In this document: piece by piece, positions 61,916 to 64,000 of the stretch
Layout: every line of letters starts with the position of its first letter
How positions within the stretch are numbered: the stretch's first letter is position 1
Origin: Squalus acanthias
Taxonomy: Eukaryota
DNA: 64,000 nucleotides
Assembly: GCA_030390025.1 (NCBI GenBank)
Contig: CM059432.1
Coordinates: 90,894,001 to 90,958,000, forward strand
Reading direction: 5' to 3'
Notes under the pieces: generated by a model
What the model was told of the DNA's origin: nothing
The model's input: the letters and a program-made list of their open reading frames with translations, nothing else
Database searches by the model: none
Position numbers and translations under genes: made by a program

Positions 61916-62480
61916 GGCCTGTATTTTCCGATCGGAGGCTTCCTGCGTGCAGAGGCCTCTGATCTGGAAAAAATCTACGCCCTTACCCGAGGGCTCCAGC
62001 GGTCTGGACATTTCCGCTCCTGGGCATCTGCTCTACGAAATGCGCAGGGCCCAGGTATGCCAGGGGCGCATGCGGTTCGCAAGCGTCCCTGGGATCACGT
62101 GGGCCATGGGGAACCAATGGGAGAAGGAAATCCCCCTTCATACTTTTAACAGATCTCTCAGCTTAGACCCGTCAAAAGTATGAATGGAGATCACTCCAAA
62201 AACACATCAAAACATTAAATAATTTTTTTTTTAAATCACGTTTTTAAAATTAGTTAAAATTACATTAAATTAAATATTCTAAACAAAAATTTAATTTTTT
62301 ACCAGGCGTAAGATTTTTAAAGGATTTCAGCGGGCGGACGTTCTGCAGAAAGCGGAACATTCCACCCGCAGAGGCCCTTCTCCAGGGCAGGCGTGTGATC
62401 TGTCAAGAGGCTTCGCATGCCTGAAACCGGCACTTGCGACACAGCTCGTACACACCCTTCGGGATCGGAAAATATGGGCC
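61916..62480. mobile_element. Harbinger-type MITE related to 881-1623
   Basis: TIR GGCCTGTATTTTCCGATC / GATCGGAAAATATGGGCC, TSD AAT/AAT. Confidence 0.8.
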
Positions 62481-62594
62481 AATAATTTGCTTTCCCACCT
62501 CGCATTCCTAAATATCCCGAAAATAAGCACAAGTGATTGTCTTGAACAATAATGGAGCAAAAGATTGAGCTTTCGCATGGGACTCTTAGAATTA

Positions 62595-64000
62595 CGTAGA
62601 ATATACAGCACAGAAATAGGCCTTTCGGCCCAATGAGTCCATGCTGGCGTTTATGCTCCACCTGAGCCTCCTCCCATCCTTCCTCATCTAACTCGATCAG
62701 CGTAACTCTCTATTTCCTTCTCCCTCAACATTCACCTCAACAACTCCCTGTGGTAGCGAGTTCTACATTCTGACCACTCTCTGGGTAAAGAAGTTTCTTG
62801 TGAATTCCCTATTTGATTTCTTGATGACTATCTCATATTGATGGCCTCTAGTTTTGCTCTGCCCCACAAGGGGAAACACTTTCTCTGTGTCTACTCTATC
62901 TAAACCTTTCATAATTTTAAAGACCTCTATTAGGTCACCCCTCAGTCTTCGCTTTTTAAGAAAAAAAAATCCAGCCTGTTCATCCTTTCCTGATAGGTAC
63001 ACCCTTGCATTTCTAGTATCATCCTTATAAATCTTTTTTGCACCATCTCTTGTGCCTCGATATCCTTTTTATAATATGGGAACCAGAACTATACACAGTA
63101 CTCCAAGTGTGGTCTAACCAAGGTTCGATACAAGTTCAGCATAACTACTCTACTTTTCAATTCTATCGCTCTGGAATTAAACCCGAGTGCTTGGTTTGCT
63201 TTTTTTATGGCCTTATTAACCTGCGTCGCTACTTTTAGTGATTTGTGTATTTGTACACCCAGATCCCTTTGCTCCTCTACCCCATTTAGATCTTATTTTC
63301 CAAGTGTTATGTGACCTCCTTATTTTTCTTACCAAAATGTAATACCTCACACTTATCTGTGTTGAAATTCATTTGTCAATTATATGCCCATTCTGCAAGT
63401 TTATTAATGTCTTCTTGTAATTTGTTGCAGTCCTCCTCAGTATTGATGATCCCCCCTCCCACCACCCACAATTTGATGTCATCCGCAAATTTAGAAATTG
63501 TGTTTTTGATTACAAAGTCTAAATAGTTAATATAAATTGTGAATAACAGTGATCCCAGCATTGATCATTGTGGGACCCCACTTTCTACCTTCTGCCACTC
63601 TGAATAGCTACCCTTTACCCCTACTCTCTGCTTTCTGTCTTGCAGCCAAATAACTATCCATTCTGCTAATTGTCCCCTGACTCCGCATGCTCTAACCTAA
63701 TTCGTTAGTCTATTATCTGGCATCTTTTCGAAGGATTTTTAGAAATCTAGATAAATTACATCTATTGCATTACCCTTGTCTACTCGCTCAATTCAAGGAG
63801 GTTGGTCATGGAAGAATTTCCCTTTTGAAATCCATGCTGACTATTCATTATTATATTTTTGGTTTCTAGATTTTTTTAAATTTCTCCTTTAGTAGGCATT
63901 CCATTGGTTTTCCTACCACCGATGTTAAGCTGACTGGCCTATAGTTCCCTGGACATGTTCTATCTCCCTTCTTAAATATAGGTATTACGTTAGCTATGCT
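62595..64000 (-). mobile_element. CR1 LINE (same family as 34950-37670), runs off the window end
   Basis: FADDIK, RLRGDLIEVFKIMKG, same 3' tail. Confidence 0.85.

Overview
Vertebrate genomic DNA, almost certainly from a cartilaginous fish (inferred from SacSINE1-like DeuSINEs, CR1 LINEs and Neptune-type Penelope elements). The window is mostly transposon-filled intron of a + strand coiled-coil gene, with two phase-compatible exons (31482-31591, 55468-55542) resembling the PMFBP1 C-terminal region. It holds many PIF/Harbinger DNA transposons. Two young ~4.2 kb copies lie in inverted orientation (24931-29134 and 50962-55110) with complementary lesions: one has an intact DDE transposase and a frameshifted Myb/SANT gene, the other the reverse. 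A matching 880-bp MITE and several older families are also present. Two Penelope-like (RT + GIY-YIG) families carry minimal hammerhead ribozyme motifs and form fold-back insertions, including a ~905-bp near-perfect palindrome. Other elements: CR1, L2, RTE and DIRS fragments, SINEs, two solo LTRs, a Tigger-like MITE and a hAT-like MITE. Coordinates of old decayed repeats are approximate, and family names come from motif recognition, not database searches.
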